DNA from: Pyrolobus fumarii 1A
Lineage (GTDB): Archaea > Thermoproteota > Thermoprotei_A > Sulfolobales > Pyrodictiaceae
DNA: 32,000 bases
Direction: 5' to 3'
Assembly: GCF_000223395.1 (NCBI RefSeq)
Contig: NC_015931.1
Span: 1,440,001-1,472,000, forward strand
Under the pieces are notes generated by a model. That model made no database searches and was not told where the DNA came from. It saw only the letters and a program-made list of their open reading frames with translations. Each line of letters opens with the position of its first letter. Position 1 is the first letter of the stretch. Below, in pieces: positions 17,592 to 26,366 of this stretch. Made by a program: the position numbers and the translations under genes.

Positions 17592-18668
17592 CTAAGCTCT
17601 TACAAATGCGCGCTTAGTGAGAGCCTCAACCCAATTCTTCATCACCCGTAGTCTCTTATCATCGACGCGCCCTCGGAACGAGACCCGTACAACGCTCTGC
17701 CCGACTCTAACATCGACCACCTCAAGACCAAGAAGTTCTCCAAGCTCTTCGATACCATCTCTAGTTACCTCCGGTAAATCGTGGGGATTGCCGCACGGCC
17801 CCCATTTACAAGCGTAGCACGAAATGCCATGTGAATCTACGTTGGCAGAGCAGGATGATGGATAGACGCGCAGACCGACTTTAGCAGCATAGGCCTCAAC
17901 CATTCGTTTCAAGTCACGCTCCTTTATCGTCACCTGGTCTCGTCGACTGCGTGGTCTTCGAGGAAGTCTTGCCTCAATTATGCGCGTGTCTATCCCGGCT
18001 AGTTTAAGCCTGTGTAGTATGCCTGGAGTGACTCGCAAAGAGCCTGGCACTACACCCGCGGCGCCAGCAGCCTTGGCCCTGGCTAGTATCTCGGGAACCT
18101 CTTTGTCGGTAACGCCGGGTATAATGGGCCTCAGGAATAGTGTCACATGGATCCCTATCTTAGAGAGGTTAGATATAGTCTCGAAGCGCTTCTCGGGTGG
18201 GGGCGTGTTGGGCTCAAGCCGCTTCCATAAACGCAGTGTTATTATAGTGACTAGGAAGTCAGCGTGAGGCTCTACACGTTGATGTATCTCAGTTGCAAGG
18301 CTTTCATCGATGTATGCCTTGGTGGATAGCTGAATGGGATTGCGCAGGTACCTAGAGGTGGCCTCCAGGTACTCCAATGCTCTTTCAACAGTCTCCTCCA
18401 TGAACGGTTCGGTCACAGAACCGAATGCTAGTAGTGTGCCGTAAGGCCCTGGCACGAAGAACGGATTGGACAACAACGCGTAGACAAGCTGTAGACCATT
18501 CAGAGGATATGGTCGGGGCTTCATCGGGAAACCCATATCCGGCACATAGCAGTATACGCAGCCAAACTTGCACCCTATACCAGTGTGTATCGTCATGCCG
18601 CAGGGTCGAGGTTCGCGTCTAGCGTGTCCATCGCTCTGAGCCTCGCGTATCTCCTTCTCGTCTAGCAT
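17592..18668 (-). CDS. Radical SAM protein, SplB/COG1533-like
   Basis: CxxxCxxC cluster motif GCKFGCVYCY (about nt 18541-18575). LEPNTPPPEKRFE block and IIPGVTD block are typical of SplB-like radical SAM enzymes. Extra C-terminal Cys cluster SCSANVDSHGISCYACKWGPC. Confidence 0.8.
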   Translation of the reverse strand: MLDEKEIREAQSDGHARREPRPCGMTIHTGIGCKFGCVYCYVPDMGFPMKPRPYPLNGLQLVYALLSNPFFVPGPYGTLLAFGSVTEPFMEETVERALEYLEATSRYLRNPIQLSTKAYIDESLATEIHQRVEPHADFLVTIITLRLWKRLEPNTPPPEKRFETISNLSKIGIHVTLFLRPIIPGVTDKEVPEILARAKAAGAAGVVPGSLRVTPGILHRLKLAGIDTRIIEARLPRRPRSRRDQVTIKERDLKRMVEAYAAKVGLRVYPSSCSANVDSHGISCYACKWGPCGNPHDLPEVTRDGIEELGELLGLEVVDVRVGQSVVRVSFRGRVDDKRLRVMKNWVEALTKRAFVRA

Positions 18669-18803
18669 AGCAGCTATCTTGTCACGCAGCTCCTCCTTAA
18701 GCTTCCAAACTTGCCTAACCAGGTTAGCGTCTATGCGCAGGGGCGTACTGCACCACCTACTACTTAAACTCCGTGAATGATGCTCGTGTGCGGGGTATAA
18801 GGA

Positions 18804-19484
18804 TTGACAGGTAGGGGTAACGGCGACGGTCTACGCAGTCTGGCCATCAAGACACTGCTAATCTCGCCATCGGGTGCGCTTAGCCCCGGGCCTCTATCCA
18901 TCTCAGCTATAGCGCTTGGGGCAAGACTCGGTCTTGCAGGTGGACTAGCTGTTGCACTGGGACACATGCTATTCGAGCTACCTTATGTAGCGTTGCTAAC
19001 CAAGGGTTTCGAGAGAGTTGAGAGCATAGTGCGTAGGTATGAAAAATACCTCATTGTAAGTGTTGTTGTGTTCCTGGTCTATTTCTCAGCTATGCTGTTG
19101 CGAGACGCTCTGGATATACTAAGGAGTTTTCAAGTAGGTGGGATTCAGGGGCTAACAGCTGCAAATATGTTCGAAGCCGTGCTAACGGGCATCATACTAA
19201 CTGGTGGCAACGCGTACTTCCTCCTATGGTGGGTTACTGTAGCACTGCCAATAGTACGCGAGACGGCGAGGCATGGCACGACCGGCTTTGCAGTAATGTA
19301 CGGAGCGCACGTGTGGATGGACTACCTGTGGCTTGGTTTGCTTGCTGCAAGTGGCGGCGTGGCGAGGATATTAGGCGTAATCCCTTACGCCGCACTGCTA
19401 ATCATACTTGCAGGACTACTACTGTTATTCGCGGCTGACATGATGCTCCGCACGTTTACGTCAAAACGTGTGCTGCCATTCTAG
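18804..19484 (+). CDS. LysE/RhtB-type small-solute exporter-like membrane protein
   Basis: About 6 TM helices and an N-terminal SPGP motif (LISPSGALSPGPLS). The TTG start is uncertain. Confidence 0.45.
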   Translation: MTGRGNGDGLRSLAIKTLLISPSGALSPGPLSISAIALGARLGLAGGLAVALGHMLFELPYVALLTKGFERVESIVRRYEKYLIVSVVVFLVYFSAMLLRDALDILRSFQVGGIQGLTAANMFEAVLTGIILTGGNAYFLLWWVTVALPIVRETARHGTTGFAVMYGAHVWMDYLWLGLLAASGGVARILGVIPYAALLIILAGLLLLFAADMMLRTFTSKRVLPF

Positions 19485-19554
19485 GGCTTGCCTCATCTAA
19501 AACAGCAACCATCTTTAACCTCTGCTCTAGATAGGCGCCTGGTGCCGAATTATT

Positions 19555-21003
19555 GTGTTGGGCTTCGAGCTTCCAAGGATAAAAGTGCTCAATACTCTAG
19601 GTAGGCGGCTTGAAGACTTTGAACCATTCAAGCCGGGCCTTGTGCGTATGTACGTGTGTGGACCAACGGTCTATGACTATACGCACCTTGGGCATGCGCG
19701 GACGTATGTAGCCTTTGACGCGATAAAGAGGTATTTACGTCTTCGAGGCTATAATGTGATACATGTGCAGAACATTACCGACATTGACGACAAGATAATC
19801 AACAGGGCTCGTGAGGAGGGTGTAGACTGGCGCGAGATAGTCGAGAGATACACACGAGACTATATGGAGATGCTAGAGAAACTAAAAATAAACGTTGACT
19901 TACACCCTCGCGTCACACACCACATCAAGGAGATTATCGAGTTTATACAGGTACTGATAGAGAAGGGTCATGCCTATGTATCGCCAAGCGGTAGTGTATA
20001 CTTTGACGTCACAACGTACCCCGAGTACGGAGAGTTAAGTGGGCATAAGAGTCCAGAAGCTTGGAGACAAGAGGAGGAGCATCTCAGGGAGAAGAAGCAC
20101 CCATTCGACTTTGCGCTCTGGAAGGCGTGTAAACCCGGCGAGCCATGCTGGGACTCGCCATGGGGCAAGGGGAGACCTGGATGGCACATAGAGTGTAGTG
20201 TCATGTCCTCAAAATACCTTGGAGACCAGTTCGAGATACACGGTGGCGGTCAAGATCTCATATTCCCGCATCATGAGAACGAGAGGGCACAGAGCGAGGC
20301 GCGATTCGGTAAGAGGCCTTGGGTCAAGTACTGGCTTCACACTGGGTACCTCACTGTACGCGGCGAGAAGATGAGCAAGAGTCTCGGCAACATAATCCCG
20401 GTGAAGGAGGCTCTCTCGAAATGGGGTCCAGAGACTCTACGTCTATGGCTCCTAAGTGCGCATTACCGTACGCCGCTCGACTTTAACGAGGAATCTCTCG
20501 AGCAATACAAACGCCAGTTGAAGAGAATACGATCAACCATAGAGTTGACCGGAAGGTTGCTTCGTGAAACCGAGCCTAGCTACCACCTTGACGATAAGGA
20601 GGTGGCGCTTGTACAGAGAGTCCTGGGCTATTGGCACGAGTTCCACAAAGCTATGAGCAATGATTTCAACACGGCAAAGGCGCTAGCCGCGATAAACAAG
20701 CTTGTCTCGTTTGTGAATAGCGAGCTAAGCTCGAAGCCGATATACACGGCGCTCACTCTAGCTTATCGTGCCTTCCGCGAGTTCAACGAGGTATTCGCGA
20801 TAGCCGATGACATAATCACTGGCGTGGCGCCAGCCGAAGTGCAGCTAGTTGATAGGCTTGTTGACCTGATAGTAGAGGTGAGGGCTAAGCTAAGGAAAAG
20901 GAAGGACTACGAGCTTGCTGATTGGATACGCGCTGAGCTAGGACAACTGGGCATAAGGCTACTAGACTATGGCGAGAAGACGGTATGGCGTAAGGAGAGT
21001 TAA
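19555..21003 (+). CDS. cysS: Cysteine--tRNA ligase
   Basis: HIGH motif HLGHAR (about nt 19683-19700), KMSKS exact (nt 20368-20382), WHIEC, and the zinc-ligand context CGPTVYD. An alternative GTG start lies at 19585. Confidence 0.95.
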   Translation: MLGFELPRIKVLNTLGRRLEDFEPFKPGLVRMYVCGPTVYDYTHLGHARTYVAFDAIKRYLRLRGYNVIHVQNITDIDDKIINRAREEGVDWREIVERYTRDYMEMLEKLKINVDLHPRVTHHIKEIIEFIQVLIEKGHAYVSPSGSVYFDVTTYPEYGELSGHKSPEAWRQEEEHLREKKHPFDFALWKACKPGEPCWDSPWGKGRPGWHIECSVMSSKYLGDQFEIHGGGQDLIFPHHENERAQSEARFGKRPWVKYWLHTGYLTVRGEKMSKSLGNIIPVKEALSKWGPETLRLWLLSAHYRTPLDFNEESLEQYKRQLKRIRSTIELTGRLLRETEPSYHLDDKEVALVQRVLGYWHEFHKAMSNDFNTAKALAAINKLVSFVNSELSSKPIYTALTLAYRAFREFNEVFAIADDIITGVAPAEVQLVDRLVDLIVEVRAKLRKRKDYELADWIRAELGQLGIRLLDYGEKTVWRKES

Positions 21004-21013
21004 CATGAATAGC

Positions 21014-21541
21014 CTAGGTTAAAGCAGGGGTATGATCATCGGACACTCCTTTTAGATACACGTAGAGACGTCGTTGCCAGCTTCTATGGTCGAGTTCTAT
21101 TTGCTTTACACTCTTCCACCCTGGTATCGGGAAATCAAGGGTGATTACCAGGGTTCCTTTGTTGAGCTCGGTTCTCAACTTTGGCTCGAGTTTTGTGTTC
21201 ACCGAGAGCAGCAGGTACATATAGACATACTTGGCGCGAGAGAAATCGAATGTGAAGAAGTCGCCTTGAAGAACATCTACTAAATGGCCTACACCCGCGC
21301 GCTCAACATTGCGTCTAGCCCGCGCGGCAAGCTCCGCCTTTACCTCTACACATAATGTGGGTAGACCTAGTCTCTGCGCTACAGCGATAGCTACTCTGCC
21401 GTCGCCGCAGCCAATGTCGACAAAGAGGCCGCGTCCTAGCTTCATTGTATGCTCTTTGAGAACCTCTATAAGCTTCTCAATAACCTCGTCGTTTGTGGGA
21501 ACCCACGGGACGCTAGCTACGACTGAGCCCTTGTAGTTCAC
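21014..21541 (-). CDS. Small class I SAM-dependent methyltransferase, crenarchaeal aKMT-like protein-lysine methyltransferase
   Basis: VPWVPTNDEVIEKL, SAM motif I VDIGCGDGRVAIAVA, FF.FD, VYMYLL..VN..L.PKL..EL..GT. This resembles the Sulfolobus aKMT sequence as I recall it. Confidence 0.55.
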   Translation of the reverse strand: MNYKGSVVASVPWVPTNDEVIEKLIEVLKEHTMKLGRGLFVDIGCGDGRVAIAVAQRLGLPTLCVEVKAELAARARRNVERAGVGHLVDVLQGDFFTFDFSRAKYVYMYLLLSVNTKLEPKLRTELNKGTLVITLDFPIPGWKSVKQIELDHRSWQRRLYVYLKGVSDDHTPALT

Positions 21542-21600
21542 GGTTGTCCTCCGAAATACGAGAGCGTATTTGGGGGGTAGATTAGGGAGTTGTACCGGCG

Positions 21601-21930
21601 TTGAGCGTGGCGAGCCCCGAGCAGGTGGAAGTCTTTAACCCCTGGGGTAGCACGCTCGTGACTCTCGGTTTCCTGCTCATATTCTTGGGCGTAGCGTTAG
21701 TGATGATAGGCTTCTTGTTGAACATCTGGAGTTTTGGGCAGCAGCGGGTTGAAGGTGGTAGGACAGAGGGTGGTGCGGTTATAATCATAGGCCCCTTCCC
21801 AATCATACTTGCTAGCAGCGAGAGGGTCGCGAAAACGTTGCTACTGTTATCTATAGTCCTGGTCATCCTGCTCATAGTACTCTTCTTTGCGCTGCCCATG
21901 CTTCTTAGGAGAGTTGCTACACCCGGCTAA
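21601..21930 (+). CDS. Small two-TM membrane protein, DUF131/TIGR00304-like
   Basis: TM helix, then GGAVIIIGPFPIILASS, then a second TM helix. 109 aa with a TTG start. Confidence 0.5.
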   Translation: MSVASPEQVEVFNPWGSTLVTLGFLLIFLGVALVMIGFLLNIWSFGQQRVEGGRTEGGAVIIIGPFPIILASSERVAKTLLLLSIVLVILLIVLFFALPMLLRRVATPG

Positions 21931-22365
21931 GAGGGAAGCTTCACGGATAGCATCCTCTAGTGCACGCTTGCAAGAACCACGTGTGCACTCATACAGTATT
22001 AGTCTTGCGTGTTTACCCTGAGCCGATAGCATAGCATCTAGAGCCTTAATGAGATCATGTGCATCTAGGCTGCCCTCGATGCTTGCATGAATACTGTTTA
22101 CTATCTCGAATGGATCGTATGTGTGTGTAGGCAGGCTGTATACCGTTCGGCGTATAGTCCCGATAGACCCGAGGGTACTTGGGGCAACGAGAAGCATAAC
22201 ATCAAAATCTCCGACAACGTCTATCACCGTCAACACGTCAGCCGCCAAGTCATAGACATCCACATTGCATCCTTTTAGAGATGCTCTAGCCACGTCTATA
22301 GCGCCTTCTAGCTCCTCTCCACCCGGGATAAAGGGCGTGTATATTATACCAAACACAACCCTCAA
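21847..22365 (-). CDS. Hypothetical protein with the layout of a HycI/HybD-type hydrogenase maturation endopeptidase (degenerate)
   Basis: MRVVFG... N-terminus, ...NVDVYDL...DFDVMLLVAPS...GTIRR..., and a later SLDAHDL His loop parallel the order of blocks in HybD-type proteases. The 3' end overlaps the convergent gene by 84 nt. Confidence 0.35.
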   Translation of the reverse strand: MRVVFGIIYTPFIPGGEELEGAIDVARASLKGCNVDVYDLAADVLTVIDVVGDFDVMLLVAPSTLGSIGTIRRTVYSLPTHTYDPFEIVNSIHASIEGSLDAHDLIKALDAMLSAQGKHARLILYECTRGSCKRALEDAIREASLLAGCSNSPKKHGQRKEEYYEQDDQDYR

Positions 22366-22408
22366 TTAGGACACCATACCAAGTTCCGCCTCCAGGCTAG
22401 ACGCTAGA

Positions 22409-23665
22409 ATGGTTATGCATGTTGCTCTAGGCGGGATAGCGGAGACTACAATTCACGCCGAGCCCGATGGCATAACCCTGGCGGTTTTCCATAGACCGCT
22501 CCAAGCTTGGAGTGTAACCGAGAAACCAGTTACAATGGCATTATGTCCATCATGTAAAACGCATGTTACGAGTCCCATACTGGCTGGCATCGAACGCAGC
22601 TGTTGGGAGACACTAATACTTGGTGTTCTCATAGCGCCGCTTATAGGAGAAGCACTTCACGATCCGAGTTTCGCTCCATTACGCAGCAAGTATTGGCATG
22701 CAGCCTCCAAATGCTTCCGCATACTGCGTTCAATATACAGCGGCGGCGTGAGAATACAAGTGCCACTTGTAGTAGAATATGCGAGGCAAGCCATACGTAT
22801 AGCAGCGATGGTCTTCAGCGAGTGGAAGCGGAGCGCTAAGCTGGTTGAGCGCTACGAGTGTGGCGGTAAACGAGCCAAACTCATGACGGTCGACACCTTA
22901 GCAGGGTATGCGGGCATCGACGGCGCAGATATTGAGCCTAGAGTTGTCGTTGATAGCCATGTTCTGGTTATGCGTGTTGGTGGTATGGTATCTCGGTTCA
23001 AGCCCGCAGAACACCCGGTGAGAGTGGCGGCACCGCGTGTAGAATATGCGCTCCTAGTGGGTAACGAAACTGTTGAGACAGGGCCTGCAGCAAGGATATC
23101 ACTTCTCGCCAGCAAGGATGTTGAGGTGAGTGGTTGTGGAGTTAAGGTTAGCGTGTCTAACGGGGAATTAAAGCTGAGAATGGAAGGATTGGTGTATACT
23201 CTAGACTTTGTAGCCGAGATTCCAAGTCCCAAAGAACTAGCAGAGAAGCCACTATCAAAGCGTATAGAATCGCTCATACTTGACGCGCTAATTTCGCCTC
23301 TTCAGAGTTGCACGTCTACAACATTCTTGCAGCATGGTGTGCTAGCAGAGGCGGCCGCGAAAGGATATGCGCTCTTTGAAGTCGTCAAGGGCCCGATAGG
23401 CTACTGGCGTATAGCTAAAGCAGACAAGCTGATCGCGACAATCCCCACAATGTACAACATATTCTCTACACTCATAGCTCCAGGCTCGCCATATGCTCTT
23501 GCTGCGCAGGGGATATGCGCTGACAGCCCCGAGGAGCAGGCTAGCCTACTTGCTGCTCTACATGTAGTATTTTCTCATTGTTCGCGTGCAACCATAATAG
23601 CAAAGAAAGGGTCTAAAACCGTGGTAAAGAGGTTCGACGTGCCTCGGGTCGCTGTGGAAAGGTAG
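22409..23665 (+). CDS. [NiFe]-hydrogenase large-subunit-like protein with a degraded C-terminal metal motif
   Basis: 418 aa. N-terminus GGIAETTIHAEPDGI...LCPSCKTH. C-terminus EVVKGPIGYWRI..ADKLIATIPTMYN...GSPYALAAQG...FSHCSRATI plus a 22-aa tail. Order and spacing resemble RIEGH / RxCGxCxxxH ... EAPRGxLxH / PTxxN / DPCxxCxxH. Confidence 0.35.
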   Translation: MVMHVALGGIAETTIHAEPDGITLAVFHRPLQAWSVTEKPVTMALCPSCKTHVTSPILAGIERSCWETLILGVLIAPLIGEALHDPSFAPLRSKYWHAASKCFRILRSIYSGGVRIQVPLVVEYARQAIRIAAMVFSEWKRSAKLVERYECGGKRAKLMTVDTLAGYAGIDGADIEPRVVVDSHVLVMRVGGMVSRFKPAEHPVRVAAPRVEYALLVGNETVETGPAARISLLASKDVEVSGCGVKVSVSNGELKLRMEGLVYTLDFVAEIPSPKELAEKPLSKRIESLILDALISPLQSCTSTTFLQHGVLAEAAAKGYALFEVVKGPIGYWRIAKADKLIATIPTMYNIFSTLIAPGSPYALAAQGICADSPEEQASLLAALHVVFSHCSRATIIAKKGSKTVVKRFDVPRVAVER

Positions 23666-23672
23666 TGGAGGC

Positions 23673-25220
23673 TTGAGCCTCCGCGGTAAAGCAGTACAGT
23701 TATACAACAGCCTTGTACGTTCGCCACCAAGACTACTCCTTGCGCCTCTGGTAGCGATTCATGCTTTGTTAGTAATTCTTTATCCAGTGCTGATAGTGCC
23801 AGAGGCTCTCGTAATCGTAGCTTATCTTCTGGGCTTTGGGCTGTGCAGTAGACACTATATGCGAAGAGCGGCTGGTGTCCTGCTATACGCTACTCCCTAT
23901 ATGATCCTCTACGCGATCGTGTTTGCGCTCGGCTTACGCCCGCTGGTCAGTGCCATTACGGCCCCATTTGCTCTCCTAGTAAGCGGCTTATGTGGTGTAA
24001 AGACCGCAATGATCTATGTCATAATAGCGACAGTTGTAAGCTTTCCGCTGGGGCTTATAGAGTCTCTTGCCGCGGCGGCCTCCGGCATAATAGCAATTCT
24101 CGTGCCTATGGTAGCGTTGGGATTGCGAGGCATTGAAGTAGCGAGAGCAGCAATACTAGCCTGGGCCGACGATAACTATGAGCCACTTGAGACGGTGATT
24201 AGCGGCGAGGAGAGACGCGTAAAATGGCATGCCCTGATGTTCAAACGCGATGATGAAAAGCTAGTTCTTATCGTGCCGGGTGTCCACTACGGGCCATTCA
24301 GGGGCGCAGGCAGTAGTCACTTGCCGCGAATGTTGATGAAGTATAGCCGGGACAAAGTTATTCCTCTGCATGGATGCGGTAGCCACGAGTTAAACATCGT
24401 GTCAAGGAAAGAGGCAGAGGCGTATGCGCAGCGTCTAGTCAAGGAGGCTCTTGTAGCAACGTGGCACGAATGTAAACCCCTGACACCAACTCTAGTGAAC
24501 CACAAGAGCGGTTGGAATGCATTAGCAATAGGTTGCGTTGAAAGACCGACAGTCATCCTATGGAATAGGAGCGGCACGGAGGATATACCGTGTTCAACCC
24601 TTGAGCATCTGGATGACAAGTTGATGATAGTCGATGCTCATAACGTTGAGACAGAGAGTGTCGATACACGCGGCTTACACGAGGTAGTCAATAGCCTCCT
24701 TTCTAAAATAGAGGAGTGTAAAGGGAGTCTTAGGTGCTGCTGGAGGCTGGTAAGAGTTGATAACTCGGTAGTAGATGAGGCCAAAATGTGCGACAACTGG
24801 ATCCTAGTACTAAAGGTGCTATGCGACAATAACGGAGTTACCATGGTAATCTTCCCAGCTAACAACGTGGATCCGCTTGCAGCGAGAAAATACACGGAAG
24901 TGTTGGGTAGTAGAACGGTGCTGATAACCATTGATGATCATAGCTGTGCAGCAGTGATAAACGAAGGTGTTGCACCGCTTAAATGGAGCGAGAAACTCGC
25001 AAAAATACTCCAAGAGAACGTCAAGATGTGTGTTCCTGGCGATTGTAGAATTAGCTACGCTAGTGGCTTCGACAATCTACGAGTATGGGGTGAGCACACG
25101 ATACAAGAGATACGCCATCTGCTCGAAAGAGGTGTACGGGCAAAGGCACTGCCCTTGGTGATCTATGTGCTTTTCTTGATAGCTGCTCTAATAGGGGCAG
25201 TTATTCGGGGTGTTGGTTAA
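23673..25220 (+). CDS. Polytopic membrane protein with a large soluble domain (possibly DUF2070/COG3356-like)
   Basis: About 6 N-terminal TM helices, a soluble region containing VPGVHYGPFRGAGSSHLP and LHGCGSHELNIVS, and a C-terminal TM helix. TTG start lies 8 nt after the upstream stop. Confidence 0.45.
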   Translation: MSLRGKAVQLYNSLVRSPPRLLLAPLVAIHALLVILYPVLIVPEALVIVAYLLGFGLCSRHYMRRAAGVLLYATPYMILYAIVFALGLRPLVSAITAPFALLVSGLCGVKTAMIYVIIATVVSFPLGLIESLAAAASGIIAILVPMVALGLRGIEVARAAILAWADDNYEPLETVISGEERRVKWHALMFKRDDEKLVLIVPGVHYGPFRGAGSSHLPRMLMKYSRDKVIPLHGCGSHELNIVSRKEAEAYAQRLVKEALVATWHECKPLTPTLVNHKSGWNALAIGCVERPTVILWNRSGTEDIPCSTLEHLDDKLMIVDAHNVETESVDTRGLHEVVNSLLSKIEECKGSLRCCWRLVRVDNSVVDEAKMCDNWILVLKVLCDNNGVTMVIFPANNVDPLAARKYTEVLGSRTVLITIDDHSCAAVINEGVAPLKWSEKLAKILQENVKMCVPGDCRISYASGFDNLRVWGEHTIQEIRHLLERGVRAKALPLVIYVLFLIAALIGAVIRGVG

Positions 25221-25249
25221 GACGGGGGCTGTACTCCGAAAGAGGTGAG

Positions 25250-25257
25250 TTTATTAA
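25250..25257 (+). promoter_or_regulatory. Candidate TATA box (TTTATTAA) for 25294..25653
   Basis: It lies about 40 nt upstream of the ATG. A GGGTG SD-like element sits at -12. Confidence 0.35.
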
Positions 25258-25293
25258 CTCGTAATACCCTTCTACTTTAAGGGTGTCGACCCC

Positions 25294-25653
25294 ATGAGGC
25301 TAAATGTACTCTACGAAGACGAGGAAATAATAGTAATGAAAGCGCCGCACGACGATGAACTAGTGCAGCTAGTGTACGAGTTCATCGTGGAAAAGGGTAG
25401 GCCAGTGACGTGGAAGGAGCTACGAGAGGCCTTTAGCGGAATTGCTGGCGAAGACAGGCTGAGAAAGGCACTACACGTATTGCGCGAGAAGGGACTGATA
25501 GTAGAGCTGCGCGGCGGTCGCTACGCAACGCCAGACATGCCAGGCGTACAGGAGGAGCTCAGAGAGATTGAACGAAGGCGCATTATGAGAGAGATGAGCC
25601 GCATAGAGAGAATGGTACAACGCGTAAAGATCAACGAGACCCTGCACAACTAA
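25294..25653 (+). CDS. Small winged-helix-like DNA-binding protein with a basic coiled C-terminal tail
   Basis: LVYEFIVEKGRPVTWKELREAF...LRKALHVLREKGLIVELRGGRYATP is a wHTH-like pattern. A TATA-like box lies upstream and a T-rich terminator lies downstream. Confidence 0.55.
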   Translation: MRLNVLYEDEEIIVMKAPHDDELVQLVYEFIVEKGRPVTWKELREAFSGIAGEDRLRKALHVLREKGLIVELRGGRYATPDMPGVQEELREIERRRIMREMSRIERMVQRVKINETLHN

Positions 25654-25658
25654 CCAAA

Positions 25659-25680
25659 TTGTTTCTTTTTCTTTTCTTTT
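25659..25680 (+). terminator. Oligo-T archaeal terminator
   Basis: TTGTTTCTTTTTCTTTTCTTTT directly follows the stop of 25294..25653, in a convergent spacer. Confidence 0.55.
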
Positions 25681-25707
25681 ATCGATAATGTAGCAGTCAA
25701 CTTTTGT

Positions 25708-26313
25708 TTACTCATCGCTAAACTCGTCGAGTTGCTCTCCAGTCTCGCCCACTATCATCTTCTCGATCTCGGCTAGCACGGATTTGAACCTCGGGTCTTC
25801 TCTCGACAGTATGCTCAACGTGCTAGCTATTAACGCGGAGATGTAAGCATGTATAACGAGCGTTAACAGTAGTTCAACCTTCGTTCTCGAGCCAAGTGCT
25901 ATCTCTATCATACTCATTGCGGGTGTCACCAGCTGAACATACAAGTCTATTACGTTCATGCTCCCGCGTAATGCGCTCTCAACTATGCTCCTCACATCCT
26001 TAATGATATCGAAGAGTGCTTCTGCAACGCTACGTCCATAGTCAGTAAGGGAGTACTTCCCATCTTTCCATGGCTTGCGTGTCACGACACCAAGTTTTTC
26101 GAGGAAGAGTATTGTTGGTTTGAGATTCTTGCAACCCGGGTAAACCATCATACACTCCGCGAGTATCTCATCCTCGCTCTTATCCCCTCTGTACAAACTC
26201 TTGAGTACAACAATTGATTTTCTCGCTGCTGGCGCAAGAACACGCAGAGCCAGCCTATCGGCCTCCAGCAGTATATTCTCTACTCGTGTCTGGACACTTG
26301 CATCGCTCCCCAT
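25708..26313 (-). CDS. Hypothetical protein with a wHTH-like segment (201 aa from the internal ATG)
   Basis: The ATG at 26313 is preceded by GGGTGAT (SD-like) 5 nt upstream, so it is preferred to the tracked start at 26385. wHTH-like segment ILFLEKLGVVTRKPWKDGKYSLTDYGRSVAEAL. Acidic C-terminus. Confidence 0.5.
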   Translation of the reverse strand: MGSDASVQTRVENILLEADRLALRVLAPAARKSIVVLKSLYRGDKSEDEILAECMMVYPGCKNLKPTILFLEKLGVVTRKPWKDGKYSLTDYGRSVAEALFDIIKDVRSIVESALRGSMNVIDLYVQLVTPAMSMIEIALGSRTKVELLLTLVIHAYISALIASTLSILSREDPRFKSVLAEIEKMIVGETGEQLDEFSDE

Positions 26314-26366
26314 CTCAATCACCCTTAACCCAGAAAACTTGAAGCAGAGGCCTATATGCGACGGGG

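Noticed and set aside
18669-18803. An open reading frame continuing upstream of the radical SAM ATG (…ANLVRQVWKLKEELRDKIAA-M) without any ATG/GTG/TTG.
   Set aside because: Unlike the UbiD case, I know of no conserved family N-terminus to anchor an extension. The region also has to hold the divergent promoter (GTATAAGG at about 18793-18800).
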